Below, piece after piece: positions 28,384-38,702 of a stretch of 57,819 nucleotides of DNA (position 1 is the first letter of the stretch; each line of letters starts with the position of its first letter). Source of the stretch: a bacterium (GTDB taxonomy: Bacteria > Auribacterota > Erginobacteria > Erginobacterales > DAOSXE01). The stretch is taken from positions 1-57,819 of the forward strand of contig DAOSXE010000020.1 of the NCBI GenBank assembly GCA_035380285.1. The letters run 5' to 3'. Under the pieces are notes generated by a model. The model searched no databases. It was given only the letters and a program-made list of their open reading frames with translations, and was not told the DNA's origin. Made by a program: the position numbers and the translations under genes.

Positions 28384-28412
28384 TTGATCCGGCCCCCGCT
28401 TGCTGTTAAAAT
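28384..28412 (+). promoter_or_regulatory. Candidate sigma70-type promoter (TTGATC-N17-TAAAAT) upstream of the phosphomannomutase gene
   Basis: It is an AT-rich island in the divergent intergenic region. The spacing is 17 nt. Confidence 0.35.
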
Positions 28413-28469
28413 CCGGCAATTCGAATATCCGGGCCCCGGCCCGGCAACGTTATCTTCAAGGAGGTAGAT

Positions 28470-29810
28470 ATGGCTGCTCCGTTCAAAGCATACGACGTCA
28501 GGGGCGTCTACGGGGAGGACGTCACCGAGGAACTCGCTTACGACCTGGGACGGGCTTTCGCCGATTTCATCGAGGGAGAAACCCTGGTGGTCGCCCACGA
28601 TATGCGCCCTTCCAGCTACCCCCTGCGGGACGCTTTCATCCGGGGGGCGACCGGGCAGGGGAAAAACGTGGTCAACATCGGATTGGCCAGCACCGACATG
28701 CTCTACTTCGCCGTTATCCACCTCGACGCTCCCGGAGGGGTGATGATCACCGCCTCCCACAACCCGGCCAAGTACAACGGGTTCAAGTTCGTACGCGAGA
28801 AGGCGATCCCCATGGGGATCGAAAGCGGGTTGGACCGCCTCGAGGCGGCGGTCCGGTCCCGCGAGTTCAAGCCCGCGGCCGGCTCTCCCGGGACCGTGAC
28901 CGAGCGCGAGCTTCTAAACGATTTCATCGCCTTCATGCATTCCTTCGTCAAACCCGAGGAACTGGCGCCTCTCAAGGTCGTGATCGACTGCGGCAACGGC
29001 ATGGGGGGGATGGTCATTCCCCCGCTTTTCGCCGGAAGCAAGGTGACGGTCGTCCCCCTCTTCTTCGAGCTGGACGGATCGTTTCCCAACCATGAGGCCA
29101 ACCCCCTTCTTCCCGAGAACCGGGAGGACATGGTCAAGAAGGTTCTGGAGACGGGCGCCGACCTGGGCATCGGTCTGGACGGCGACACCGACCGGGCGTT
29201 TTTCGTCGACGACAAGGGGAAGTACTGCTCCGCCGATTTCATCCTCGGGCTCCTGGCCAAGCAGATTCTCAAAAACCATCCCGGGGCCAAGATCTGCTAC
29301 GACGTGCGTTGTTCCAATTACGTGCGCGACACCGTGGAAAAATACGGGGGAACCGCGCACATGGGCAAGGTGGGCCATGCCTACGCCAAGAATTTCATGC
29401 GCGAGATCGGGGCCGAGTTCGCCGGCGAAGTCAGCGGGCATTATTACTTTCACTACAAGGACGCCTACTTCGACAGCGGCAACCTCACCGCCCTGCTTCT
29501 GCTGAAAGTGCTTTCGGAGAAGGGCGAGAGCCTGTCCCGGGCCCTGGCCGAGACCGCGAACTACCACATCAGCGGAGAGATCAACTCCACGGTCGCCGAC
29601 CCCGACGCCATCATGGCCGGGATCAAGGAACGATACCGGGGGCGGGGGAAATTGGTGGAGATCGACGGGGTCTCGGTGATCGGGGACACCTGGTGGTTCA
29701 ACATCCGCAAATCCAACACCGAGCCGCTTCTGCGGCTCAACTGCGAGGCCGACACCGAGGAGCACATGCGGAAGCTGCGCGACGAGCTCCTGGCCCAGAT
29801 CCGGGCCTGA
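28470..29810 (+). CDS. Phosphomannomutase/phosphoglucomutase (alpha-D-phosphohexomutase)
   Basis: The TASHNP active-site serine loop and the GDTDR Mg-binding loop are present. The SD is AAGGAGG. Confidence 0.85.
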   Translation: MAAPFKAYDVRGVYGEDVTEELAYDLGRAFADFIEGETLVVAHDMRPSSYPLRDAFIRGATGQGKNVVNIGLASTDMLYFAVIHLDAPGGVMITASHNPAKYNGFKFVREKAIPMGIESGLDRLEAAVRSREFKPAAGSPGTVTERELLNDFIAFMHSFVKPEELAPLKVVIDCGNGMGGMVIPPLFAGSKVTVVPLFFELDGSFPNHEANPLLPENREDMVKKVLETGADLGIGLDGDTDRAFFVDDKGKYCSADFILGLLAKQILKNHPGAKICYDVRCSNYVRDTVEKYGGTAHMGKVGHAYAKNFMREIGAEFAGEVSGHYYFHYKDAYFDSGNLTALLLLKVLSEKGESLSRALAETANYHISGEINSTVADPDAIMAGIKERYRGRGKLVEIDGVSVIGDTWWFNIRKSNTEPLLRLNCEADTEEHMRKLRDELLAQIRA

Positions 29811-29838
29811 TCGGCGTCGGCGGAGCCGGGGAGGAGAC

Positions 29839-30447
29839 ATGGAGTACCGGGAAACCGTCGAGCGCCGCCGGGCGATCAACTTTTTCGACCCCCAAGCCCG
29901 GATAACCGCCGGGGACCTGCGGGAGATCGTGGAACGCGGGGTTCTGGCCCCCTCTTCCTTCAACCTCCAGCCCTGGAAGGTGGTGGCGGCCGTCTCCCCC
30001 GAGGTCAAGGAGGCCCTCTGCCGGGCTGCGTTCGATCAGCCCAAGGTGCGGGAAGCCTCGGCGGTCCTGGTCCTGCTCGGGAACCTCGAAGCCGTGGACG
30101 AGAGCGACGACGTCTTCGCCGCCGCCGTCGAACAGGGGTACCTGGCCCCCGATCAGGCGCACGGGAAGCGGGAGCAGGCCCGGGCTCTCTACGCCGGCCG
30201 GGAAAAGGAATTCGTCTCCCGCAACGTCGCGTTGCTGGGGATGAACCTGATGTTGGCCGCTACCGACCTGGGCTGGTCCACCCACCCCATGGACGGGTTC
30301 GACGCCGCCGCCGTCGCCGAGGCGCTGGCGCTGGAGGAGAAATACTTACCGGTCATGCTCGTGGCCGTGGGGCGGCCTTCCCCCCGCCTTCGGCTTCTTC
30401 CGCGCCCGACCCGGCGCGGATTCGACCGGGTCTGCGAGGTGCGCTGA
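29839..30447 (+). CDS. Nitroreductase family protein
   Basis: It shows nitroreductase fold motifs (RRAINFFD..., SSFNLQPW). Confidence 0.65.
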   Translation: MEYRETVERRRAINFFDPQARITAGDLREIVERGVLAPSSFNLQPWKVVAAVSPEVKEALCRAAFDQPKVREASAVLVLLGNLEAVDESDDVFAAAVEQGYLAPDQAHGKREQARALYAGREKEFVSRNVALLGMNLMLAATDLGWSTHPMDGFDAAAVAEALALEEKYLPVMLVAVGRPSPRLRLLPRPTRRGFDRVCEVR

Positions 30448-30451
30448 GACC

Positions 30452-31207
30452 ATGGGGTGGATGGGGAAACTTGCCGGGGGCGTGATCGGTTTCGCCCTGG
30501 GGGGGCCTTTGGGGGCCCTGCTGGGAGTGGGGGTGGGGGCGCTGGTCGACGCCGGGAGGGAAGCAAACCGCCCGGTTTCCCGAACCGCCCCCCGCCTCGA
30601 CCCCGCCGAACAGGCGCAGGCCGCCTACTTCACCGCGGTTTTTTCCATGCTCGGGAAAATGGCCGCCGCCGACGGCAGGATCTCCCGTTCCGAAGTCAAC
30701 CGGGTCGAGGAATTCATCTCTTCCCAGGGGATGGATCCGACCCAGCGGGCTTTTGCCGTCGCCGTCTTCAACCGGGCCCGTCTCAGCCCCTACACCTTCG
30801 CCGACCTGGCCCGGCAGTTCGCCCGGATCTTCGCCGGCGCGCCCCAGATCAGGTCGAGCATGTTCGATCTTCTCGCCCAGGTGGCGGCCGCCGACGGCGT
30901 CATCCACCCCGCCGAGGAAGAGCACCTGCGCGAGGCCGCCGCGATTTTCGGCCTGGGGCGGGGCGCCTTCGAACGGGCGATGCGCGAGTACGGCAGCGCC
31001 GCCGGGGACGACTACGCCGTGCTCGAGTGCTCCCCGGGGGCGTCCGACGACGAGATCAGAAGCAACTACCGTCGGCTGGTCAAGGACTTCCACCCCGACC
31101 GCCTCCGGTCCAAGGGCCTTCCCGACGAGCTCATGGCCCATGCCTCGGAGAAGTTCCGGCGCATCCAGGAGGCCTGGGAAAAGATCAGGAAGGAACGGGG
31201 GATCTAG
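30452..31207 (+). CDS. djlA: Co-chaperone DjlA (TM + TerB-like + C-terminal J domain)
   Basis: An N-terminal TM helix is followed by a TerB-like middle domain and a C-terminal J domain with HPD (KDFHPDRL). Confidence 0.75.
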   Translation: MGWMGKLAGGVIGFALGGPLGALLGVGVGALVDAGREANRPVSRTAPRLDPAEQAQAAYFTAVFSMLGKMAAADGRISRSEVNRVEEFISSQGMDPTQRAFAVAVFNRARLSPYTFADLARQFARIFAGAPQIRSSMFDLLAQVAAADGVIHPAEEEHLREAAAIFGLGRGAFERAMREYGSAAGDDYAVLECSPGASDDEIRSNYRRLVKDFHPDRLRSKGLPDELMAHASEKFRRIQEAWEKIRKERGI

Positions 31208-31887
31208 GCTCGGGCCCCGGCGGCGACCCGGCGGCGCAGCCCCTCCAGTCCCTCGATCACCGCAAAGAAGTCGTCGAAGGGAAGGTGGGGGATGCCTTCG
31301 CGCCGGCAGAAGCCGGCCAGGGTGCGCCGGGCGAAGACGAGGTCGGCGGCGGCGGCGGCGCCGCTGTCGCTGAGGCCGTCGCCGGCGAAAACCACCAGAT
31401 TTCCCCGGGCCTGAAGTTCGCGCACGATTTCGGCTTTTCCCACCAGGCAGCGCCCGTCGGCCAGGCGCGGGTGGCGGTTGAAGGCGACCTCGAACCTGCC
31501 TCCGCGGATCTCGGCGTGGTGGGAGAGGACCGGGATCGGCGTTCCCCAGGCTTCGAGCAGCGGAAAAATATAGAGGTCGAACCCGTTGGAGACGATCCGG
31601 GCCCGGATCCCGGACCGGTCGGCGTACGCCAGGAGCTCCTTCCAGCCCGCGCGCGGCCGCATCCGCTCCAGGACGAATTCGACGACCGCGCCGGATTCGC
31701 CCCGGAACGTCGCGGCCATCTTCAGGTAGGCTTCTTCCAGGGGCAGTTCCCCCCGCAGGTAGGCTTGGTCGATCTCCAGCCACTCGGGCCCGGCGAAGCG
31801 GGCGAACATGGAATCGAAGACGTCGTCGACGGTTACGGTGCCGTCGAAGTCAAGGACCAGGGATATGGATCGAGGTGCTGTTTTCAT
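31204..31887 (-). CDS. HAD-superfamily hydrolase
   Basis: The DxD motif LVLDFDGTVT and downstream HAD motifs are present. The start is the ATG at 31887. Confidence 0.6.
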   Translation of the reverse strand: MKTAPRSISLVLDFDGTVTVDDVFDSMFARFAGPEWLEIDQAYLRGELPLEEAYLKMAATFRGESGAVVEFVLERMRPRAGWKELLAYADRSGIRARIVSNGFDLYIFPLLEAWGTPIPVLSHHAEIRGGRFEVAFNRHPRLADGRCLVGKAEIVRELQARGNLVVFAGDGLSDSGAAAAADLVFARRTLAGFCRREGIPHLPFDDFFAVIEGLEGLRRRVAAGARA

Positions 31888-31931
31888 CCGCCTGTATCGG
31901 TGCGTCCGAAGGTGGTACACTATCCTAAACC

Positions 31932-32681
31932 ATGGAGCGGACAAGCAAAAAGACTCGGGCGGGGCGTGCGCTTCCCCGTACTTTTTCGGAAAGGCGGGTG
32001 AGGGCGCTGGTCAAGGCCGTCGCTTCCGCCCCCGCCCGGCGGGGGGTTTTCAACCCCTGGGTGGAAGTGGATCGCGAGCACGATCTCGGCCCCGCCTCCC
32101 CCGGAATCCGCCGCCGCCACCTGGCCGGGTACCTCCGTCCCCGCGCCCACCGCTCCCGGCTGGTCCTGATCGGGGAGGCCCTCGGCTACCAGGGAGGGCA
32201 TTTCAGCGGCATCGCCATGACCTCCGAGCGGATTCTTCTCGGGCACAAGTCCCGGGAGGGGATTCCGGCGGCGGCGGTTTTGCCCGCGCCCGCGCCCCGG
32301 CGCAGCAGCAGTCCCCGGTTCAAGCCCCTGGGCTTCTCCGAGCCGACCGGAACCATCGTCTGGAAACAGCTGCTGGGCCTGGGCCTGGACCCGTTCGCCT
32401 TCGTCCTCTGGAACGCTTTTCCCTGGCACCCGTTCTCGCCCGGCCGGGGGATGCTCAGCAACCGGCGCCCCACCGCCGTGGAACTGGCGTCGGGGGAACC
32501 CGTTCTCCGCCGGTTCCTGGAGATCTTCCCCGGCGCCGTCGTCCTGGCGGTGGGGAGGGTGGCGGAGGCGGTGCTGCGGGACCTGGGTGTGGCCGCCGTG
32601 TCGGTTCGGCATCCGGCCAACGGGGGCGCCGTCACGTTCCGTCGGCAGATAGGGCGCCTGCTCTCCGCGGAGGGGACGTGA
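31932..32681 (+). CDS. Uracil-DNA glycosylase superfamily protein
   Basis: The UDG-fold motif GEALGYQGG..FSG and a C-terminal HPANGG are present. Confidence 0.5.
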   Translation: MERTSKKTRAGRALPRTFSERRVRALVKAVASAPARRGVFNPWVEVDREHDLGPASPGIRRRHLAGYLRPRAHRSRLVLIGEALGYQGGHFSGIAMTSERILLGHKSREGIPAAAVLPAPAPRRSSSPRFKPLGFSEPTGTIVWKQLLGLGLDPFAFVLWNAFPWHPFSPGRGMLSNRRPTAVELASGEPVLRRFLEIFPGAVVLAVGRVAEAVLRDLGVAAVSVRHPANGGAVTFRRQIGRLLSAEGT

Positions 32682-33298
32682 AAACCAGGGTTCTGTGGGC
32701 CCGGCACGGCCGGATCGCCAACAACCTCACGGGAATCTACAGCGGCCGCAGCGCCGACCGTCTCGATCCGACCGGGCGCCGTCAGGCCGAACTCCTGGCC
32801 CGGCGCCTGGCTCTGCGGCCACCGGACCTGATCGTGACCTCGCCGGTGGCCCGGGCGGTGGAGACCGCGGCGGCGGTCGCCGCCCGCTGCGGGCTGACGG
32901 CTGCGGCCGAGGATTACTGGGCCGAGATCGATTTCGGACTCTGGAGCGGCCTCGACGGCGGCGCCATCGGCCGGGGATGGCCCCGGGAGTGGGAGGCCTG
33001 GCGGGCGGCTCCCCACGAGACCGCCGTGCCCGGCGGCGAGGGCCTGGAGGACGTCCGCGTCCGGCTCCGCCGCGGCCTGGCCCGGCTCCGGGACGAGTGG
33101 CGGGGGAAAACGGTCCTGATCGTGGCCCACGACGTCACCGTCCGGCTGGCGGTTCTGGAGGCGTTGGATCTGCCCACCCGGAGCTACCGCCGGTTCCGGG
33201 CTGACAACGCTTCCCTTACGGGCATCGTCTGCGACCCGGATCCGGTCCGGGTCGAGATGGTCAACGACACCGGTCACCTGGAGGAACTGGAACGATGA
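32678..33298 (+). CDS. Histidine phosphatase family protein (phosphoglycerate mutase-like)
   Basis: The RHGR catalytic motif is at the N-terminus. The GTG start overlaps the upstream stop (GTGA). Confidence 0.65.
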   Translation: MKTRVLWARHGRIANNLTGIYSGRSADRLDPTGRRQAELLARRLALRPPDLIVTSPVARAVETAAAVAARCGLTAAAEDYWAEIDFGLWSGLDGGAIGRGWPREWEAWRAAPHETAVPGGEGLEDVRVRLRRGLARLRDEWRGKTVLIVAHDVTVRLAVLEALDLPTRSYRRFRADNASLTGIVCDPDPVRVEMVNDTGHLEELER

Positions 33299-33534
33299 AG
33301 ACAAGGTCGGGACTGTGCGCGCTCTTCCTGCTCCTGGGCGCCTGCGCCGCGCCCCAGTACCGGAGCCCCGCTTTCAAGGACGTGGACGTGGACGGCGACG
33401 GCATCGTCACCTGGCCCGAGTACCAGAAGGCCTTCCCGGGAAAGCCGCGGAACCTCTACCTGGCGTCGGACGAGGACCAGGACGAACAGCTCGACCAGTC
33501 CGAATTCGAACTCGGCCTGGGCGGCTCTTTCTGA
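33295..33534 (+). CDS. Small lipoprotein with a single EF-hand calcium-binding loop
   Basis: A signal peptide with lipobox LLGAC is followed by DVDGDGIVTWPEY. The ATG overlaps the upstream stop (ATGA). Confidence 0.45.
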   Translation: MKTRSGLCALFLLLGACAAPQYRSPAFKDVDVDGDGIVTWPEYQKAFPGKPRNLYLASDEDQDEQLDQSEFELGLGGSF

Positions 33535-33544
33535 TCGTCCGCGC

Positions 33545-34087
33545 TCAGGCTTCCGGTTCGGGATAGCGGTTGAAGAACGCCCGTTCCTCGAACGGCAGCT
33601 TCTCCGGCCGCCGCCCCTCGACGGTGGGAAAGCCGATCGGGAGTATGACCCGGACGGTCTTGCCGGTCGGCAGGCCGACCAAACGGCCGATCCGTTCCGC
33701 CCGCCCGTCCGTCCGCAGCCAACCGTCCACCCAGACCGAAACGTAGCCGAGGGCGGCGGCGGCCAGGAGCATGTTCTCCACGGCGGCGGCGCAGTCCTCC
33801 ACCTGAAAAGCCAGCCCTTCGTAGACGGCTTCCGGTTTGCGGTCGACGGCGCAGAGGATATAGGCCGGCGCGGTGCGCATGGCCTGGTTGGTGGCGTGCA
33901 TCTCCTTGATCTCCCGGACCAGGTCGTCGTCGTCGACGATGACGAAGCGCGTGGTTTGGGCGTTGCGCCCGGACGGGGCGTCGAGCCCGGCTTGGACGAT
34001 CTTTTTCAGGTGGTTCCGGGGGACCGCTCTCGCGCTCAACGGTTCCCGGTAGCTGTGTCGCCTGGCGACGGTCTCGAAGAAATCCAT
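33545..34087 (-). CDS. Nitroreductase family protein
   Basis: RHSYREP, APSGRNAQ and a C-terminal GYVSVW pattern indicate the nitroreductase fold. Confidence 0.7.
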   Translation of the reverse strand: MDFFETVARRHSYREPLSARAVPRNHLKKIVQAGLDAPSGRNAQTTRFVIVDDDDLVREIKEMHATNQAMRTAPAYILCAVDRKPEAVYEGLAFQVEDCAAAVENMLLAAAALGYVSVWVDGWLRTDGRAERIGRLVGLPTGKTVRVILPIGFPTVEGRRPEKLPFEERAFFNRYPEPEA

Positions 34088-34220
34088 GGTCGTTACCTCC
34101 CGAATCCCAGTATAGCAAGACCGGTCGCCGCGGCCAACGCCGCCGTTTTCGGGTCTTCCTGTTCGCCGCCGCCGCCGCCGTGGTACACTGGCGTGGTTTT
34201 GTCCAACGGGAGCGATCCGG

Positions 34221-36416
34221 ATGTCTTCTTCCCGCGCACATCGATGGTGGCTGAGGTTCCGGGAACGGGACCCGGGGGCGATCCGGCTGCGCCGCGCCTT
34301 CCGTCTCCTGGTCGCGGTCGGCCTGACCGTGCTGGCCGTCGCCCTCCTGACCGCCTGCGTCTCCGGCCGGCCCTCCGTCCGCTATCTCTTCATCGGTCTC
34401 CTCGCCGCCATGCTCCTGACCGCGACCGTTCCCGGGAACTCCCGCCGGGAGAGAATGCAGGGAATGGTCCGTTCCCTGATCGGTTCGCTGGCGGGGGCGC
34501 TTCTGGCCGCTTTTCTCCCCGGCAGGGGGGGGGCCTACCTGGCGGCGGTGCCCGCGGTCGTTTTCGTCAGTTACTTCGTCCGCCGTTTCGGCCCGGCCTA
34601 CCGCCAGGCCGGATTCATGTTCATGGCGGTTTTCCTCTTCTCGCAGCTGGGGGGTATCGTCCCGGGAAATTTCCCCGCTTTCGCCGTCACCTTGCTGTTC
34701 GCCTTCATCTGCTCCTTCTTCGCCGGTTTTCATCTGGTCCAGGTCAAGCTGGAGACGGTCCTGATCGATTCCCTGCGCCGGTTTTTCAAGGAGAACAGCC
34801 GTTTTTTTTCCGCCCTGGAACGGTCGGCCGTCGCCCCCACGCCGGCCGTTCTCGGCGAGCTTGAGGCTTCCGTCGCCGGTCTCAAGGACACCCTTCTGGC
34901 CTGGGGAACCGTGGCTTCCCAGGTCTTCAACCGGAACGACCCCGCCTGGGGCATCCTGGCCCGGGCCGGGGACATGCAGTACCGTCTCGGACGCATTTCC
35001 CGGATCGCCCGGCGGGCGCTCCTGAAGCTCTCCGCCGGGCTCGACGGGTCCGCTTCTCCGGAACTGGGCCGCACCGTGGCCCGGGCGCTGGGGGAGGTGG
35101 GGCGGTCCCTGGAGGGGATCGCCGCGGTTCTCGACGGCGAACACGACCTCCACCTGGAGATGACCTCGAGCCCGGCGGCGGTCGACGCCTTGTCGGCCGC
35201 CGTGCTCAACGCGCCCGGCCCGGTGCGCGCGGTCGATTTCTACGCCTGGCAGGTCCTGGTTTCCCTCCGGCGTTTTCTGGAGAGCGTTTCCCTGCTCGAC
35301 CGGGCCCTCCAGGATCCGGCCGAGGCCGCGTTCCCGGCCTCGGAGCCGGACCCGGCGACCGAGGTCCCCGAGCCTCCGCGGGGCTGGCGTCGCCGGGTCG
35401 CCGCCCGGCTGGGAGAGAGTTCGACCCGGCTGGCGGTCCAGGGAGCGCTGGCTTCGTTCTGTTCGCTGGCCGTCAGCGGGATATTCGGCCTGCAGCGCCC
35501 GGTCTGGGGAGTGGTTATGGCGGTGGTGGTGGTTTCGGGCACCTTGGGGGACAACGTCCGCAAGGCCCTGGAACTCTTCGGGGGAACGCTCGCCGGAGCC
35601 CTGCTGGCCCTGGCCCTGATCTGGATTCTTCCCGAAGGGCTGGTCCCGACGGCCGCGGTGCTGATGATTTTGCTCTTTCTCTGGAGCTACACCAACAACG
35701 TTTCCTACGCCCTGGCCACGGTCTGGATGGCTGCTTTCGCCATTGTGGTCCTGGCCCGGATCAAGGGGGGAGGCACGTCGATGGCCGCGGTCAGGCTGTA
35801 TCAGGTCGGCCTCGGCGGCGGTTTCGGGCTTTTGGTTTCGAGCTTCGTTCTTCCCGTCAAAATCAGGCGCCGGAGCCGGGAGTTCGCGTCCGCCCTCCTG
35901 GCCGACGTCGCCGCCGTCGCCCGCGCCGCTTTCGCGATGGCCGAGGGCAGGGACGTTCCCGCCGCCGGCGCGGCCCGCGACGCCCTCTACCGGCACCTCG
36001 ACGATTTTCACGAGTCGCTGCGAAAAATGGCCTACGAATCCTTCCTCCTTCCCTCCACCCGCCGCCGGCTCCTCTCCCTCTCCATGGTTCTGCACCGGCT
36101 CTGCGACTACGCCGTGTCCCTGCTCGAGCTGATCGAAGTGCTCAAGGTCAAGGGGCTGTCGCCCGCGGTCCATGAAGCCGCCCAGGCCATGTCGGGGCTG
36201 GTGGAAGGCGCCCTGGCGGCCATGGGGCGGGGGGAGGAAGACGGGTCTCTGGAGCGGGAAGTCGAGGCGGTGCGGTCCCGCCTGATCGACCGGGTGGGGG
36301 AGGGGACCCCCGCCGGTTCCCGTGGAGAGACGCTGAGGGCTTTGGGTATATTCTTCTACAGCCGGGCCATGGTCGACGCGGCCCGGGAAGGGACGCCGCT
36401 GTTTCGGGACCGGTAA
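34221..36416 (+). CDS. FUSC family membrane protein (YccS/aromatic acid exporter-like)
   Basis: It has two blocks of TM helices separated by a large cytoplasmic region. The product is 731 aa. Confidence 0.5.
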   Translation: MSSSRAHRWWLRFRERDPGAIRLRRAFRLLVAVGLTVLAVALLTACVSGRPSVRYLFIGLLAAMLLTATVPGNSRRERMQGMVRSLIGSLAGALLAAFLPGRGGAYLAAVPAVVFVSYFVRRFGPAYRQAGFMFMAVFLFSQLGGIVPGNFPAFAVTLLFAFICSFFAGFHLVQVKLETVLIDSLRRFFKENSRFFSALERSAVAPTPAVLGELEASVAGLKDTLLAWGTVASQVFNRNDPAWGILARAGDMQYRLGRISRIARRALLKLSAGLDGSASPELGRTVARALGEVGRSLEGIAAVLDGEHDLHLEMTSSPAAVDALSAAVLNAPGPVRAVDFYAWQVLVSLRRFLESVSLLDRALQDPAEAAFPASEPDPATEVPEPPRGWRRRVAARLGESSTRLAVQGALASFCSLAVSGIFGLQRPVWGVVMAVVVVSGTLGDNVRKALELFGGTLAGALLALALIWILPEGLVPTAAVLMILLFLWSYTNNVSYALATVWMAAFAIVVLARIKGGGTSMAAVRLYQVGLGGGFGLLVSSFVLPVKIRRRSREFASALLADVAAVARAAFAMAEGRDVPAAGAARDALYRHLDDFHESLRKMAYESFLLPSTRRRLLSLSMVLHRLCDYAVSLLELIEVLKVKGLSPAVHEAAQAMSGLVEGALAAMGRGEEDGSLEREVEAVRSRLIDRVGEGTPAGSRGETLRALGIFFYSRAMVDAAREGTPLFRDR

Positions 36417-36437
36417 GCCAAGGGAGGTCGGAAGACG

Positions 36438-37808
36438 ATGCAGGAATACGATGTGATGGTGATAGGCGCCGGGGGCGGGATGAAGGTGGCTCTGCCGGTG
36501 GCGGATATGGGGAAGAGCGTGGTCTTGATCGAAAAAGACCGCCTGGGGGGAACCTGCCTTAACCGGGGGTGCATCCCCTCCAAGATGCTGATCTACCCGG
36601 CCGATTTCGCCCGGGAATGCCGGGAAGCCGCGCGTCTCGACCTGGACGTCGGCTTCCGGGACGTCCGTTTCCGGGAGCTGATCGACCGCATCGCCTCGAC
36701 CGTGGACGGCATCGCCGCCGGACTGCGGCGCCAGATCGACGAACATCCCCGCCTCGACCTCGTCCGCGGCCGGGCGGTTTTCACCGGCCCGCGCGAAGTC
36801 GAGGTCGGGGGCGAACGGATCCGGGCCGAGCGGGTGTTCATCGTCGCCGGTTCGCGCCCCCGGATCCCCCCCGTTCCCGGCCTGGAGGAGACGCCGTATT
36901 GGACCAGTCCGGAGGCGCTGCGCGCGCCCGGCCTGCCCCGGCGCCTGGTGGTGGTGGGGGGAGGGTTCATCGCCTGCGAATTGGGGAACGCCTACAGTTC
37001 CTTCGGCTCCCGGGTGGATTTCATCGCCCCCGACGGGCTCATCGACCGGCAGGACGATGATGTCCGCGCCGAGTTCAAGCGGATATTCACCCGGTTCAAC
37101 ACCGTGCGCGAGGGCGCGCGGCTCGAACGGGTCGAGTACCGGGCCGGGACCTTCGTTTCCCGGGTGCGCGCGCCGGGCGCCGGCGAGGAGATACTGGAAA
37201 GCGACTCGCTGCTGGTGGCGGCGGGAGTGGTGCCCGACATCGCCGACCTGCACCTGGAGAGGACCGGGGTCGAACTCGACGAGCGCGGCTTCATCGCCGT
37301 CGACGGTTTTCTGCGGACCCGTGCCCCCGGCGTTTACGCCTTCGGCGACTGTATCGGCCATTACCTCTTCCGCCATTCGGTCAACTTCGAGGGAGAGTAC
37401 CTGGTTCGGACCGTCTTCGGGGGCGACGACCGCCCCATCCGCTACTATCCGGTCCCGTCCGCGCTTTTTTCCTGGCCCGAAGTCGCCGGGGTGGGGAAAT
37501 CGGAAAAAGAACTGCGGGCGGAAGGCGTCGAGTACGTCGCGGGAAAGGCCATGTACGCGGAGAGCAACGCCGGTCTGGCGCGCCAGGTCGACCACGGATT
37601 CGTCAAAATCCTGGTCGCCCGCTCCGACCGCCGGATTCTGGGAGCGCAGATCGTCGGCCCCGAAGCCAGCGACATGATCCATATCCTCATCGGGATGATG
37701 TACATGCAGGCCGGCCTCGACGATCTCAACCGGATGATCTACATCCACCCCGCCCTGCCCGAGCTGGTCCGCGACGCCGCCCGCGCCGCCGAAGCCGCCC
37801 TGGCCTGA
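36438..37808 (+). CDS. Pyridine nucleotide-disulfide oxidoreductase, dihydrolipoyl dehydrogenase family
   Basis: GGTCLNRGCIPSK is the redox-active disulfide motif. The FAD and NAD Rossmann folds and a C-terminal HPALPE dimerisation motif are present. Confidence 0.7.
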   Translation: MQEYDVMVIGAGGGMKVALPVADMGKSVVLIEKDRLGGTCLNRGCIPSKMLIYPADFARECREAARLDLDVGFRDVRFRELIDRIASTVDGIAAGLRRQIDEHPRLDLVRGRAVFTGPREVEVGGERIRAERVFIVAGSRPRIPPVPGLEETPYWTSPEALRAPGLPRRLVVVGGGFIACELGNAYSSFGSRVDFIAPDGLIDRQDDDVRAEFKRIFTRFNTVREGARLERVEYRAGTFVSRVRAPGAGEEILESDSLLVAAGVVPDIADLHLERTGVELDERGFIAVDGFLRTRAPGVYAFGDCIGHYLFRHSVNFEGEYLVRTVFGGDDRPIRYYPVPSALFSWPEVAGVGKSEKELRAEGVEYVAGKAMYAESNAGLARQVDHGFVKILVARSDRRILGAQIVGPEASDMIHILIGMMYMQAGLDDLNRMIYIHPALPELVRDAARAAEAALA

Positions 37809-37826
37809 CGGCCGCCCCCCGGATCT

Positions 37827-38594
37827 TCAGCGCCGGGGGCGCAGGAGCAGCGCCAGGTGGGAGCGCCGCAGGGGAGGGAAGAGCCGCCAGGCCAGGCGCG
37901 TCCCCCGGGGAACGCGGCGGAGAACGTTCGCGGGCAGGTCGGTGAAATCGGCCGCCCGCGCCGTCTGCCAGGCCGGGGCCAGGGCTTCGACCGCCGCCGG
38001 CGATTCCGGGAACCAGCGCCCCCCCGGAAGAATCTTTCCCGCCGCCGGGGAGACGGCGTCGAATAAAAGCAGCGATCCCGGGAAATCCGCGGCGGCGTCG
38101 GCCATGACCGCCCGCACCGTCTCCGGGGCCAGGAACTGGAAAACGCCTTCGGCGATGAAGAGGAAGGGCCCCCCCCCCGCCCGCCGCCGGACCGCTTCCG
38201 TCCAGGCGCGGTCTTCCAGGTCGGCGACGACGACGGCCCCCTCTTCCTGCAGCCGCCGCTCCCGCCATCGTCCCGCTTCGGCGCGGTCGAGACAGAACCA
38301 GGGGACCCGGGCGCCGATCCGCGACCGGCGCGTGCTCGAACCGGCTCCCAGCTCCACCGCCGCCGCCGGTCCGTCGGCCAGAGCCTCCCGCGCCAGGTCG
38401 TCGATCAGGCGCGCGCGCAGACAGATCCCCAGCTCGGGGACGCGTCCGTCCCCGACCGCCCCCCCGGGGGGGGCGTCGTCGGCCAGCCTCCGGGCGGCGG
38501 GGTCGATCAGGACGGCGTCGGGCCGGGCGCTCTCCCGGGCCCGGGCCGCGATCGGCGTCCACCAGGCCCGCTGGTATTCGGGGAATCCGCGCAC
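37827..38594 (-). CDS. Class I SAM-dependent methyltransferase, LCM/TcmP-like family
   Basis: VELGAGSSTR is the VxLGAGxDTR motif characteristic of PF04072. Confidence 0.55.
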   Translation of the reverse strand: MRGFPEYQRAWWTPIAARARESARPDAVLIDPAARRLADDAPPGGAVGDGRVPELGICLRARLIDDLAREALADGPAAAVELGAGSSTRRSRIGARVPWFCLDRAEAGRWRERRLQEEGAVVVADLEDRAWTEAVRRRAGGGPFLFIAEGVFQFLAPETVRAVMADAAADFPGSLLLFDAVSPAAGKILPGGRWFPESPAAVEALAPAWQTARAADFTDLPANVLRRVPRGTRLAWRLFPPLRRSHLALLLRPRR

Positions 38595-38623
38595 AAGTGC
38601 CTCCGGGCAGGTATCGGCATCTG

Positions 38624-38652
38624 CTGACAGGGCCGGTTCCGCTTGCTATACT
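38624..38652 (+). promoter_or_regulatory. Candidate sigma70-type promoter (CTGACA-N17-TATACT) for the FprA operon
   Basis: The spacing is 17 nt. It lies about 50 nt upstream of the SD and ATG at 38703. Confidence 0.4.
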
Positions 38653-38702
38653 ACAACAACAGCGGGATGTCTTCATTGCCCGAATCCGTGGAGGCGGAAC
38701 CG

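Noticed and set aside
33456-37748. A 1430-aa ORF on the minus strand, the longest in the window
   Set aside because: It is a low-complexity R/G/P/D-rich translation with no domain motifs. It lies antisense to four well-supported plus-strand genes: the nitroreductase neighbour, FUSC, the disulfide oxidoreductase and the EF-hand lipoprotein region. This is a typical high-GC antisense artefact.
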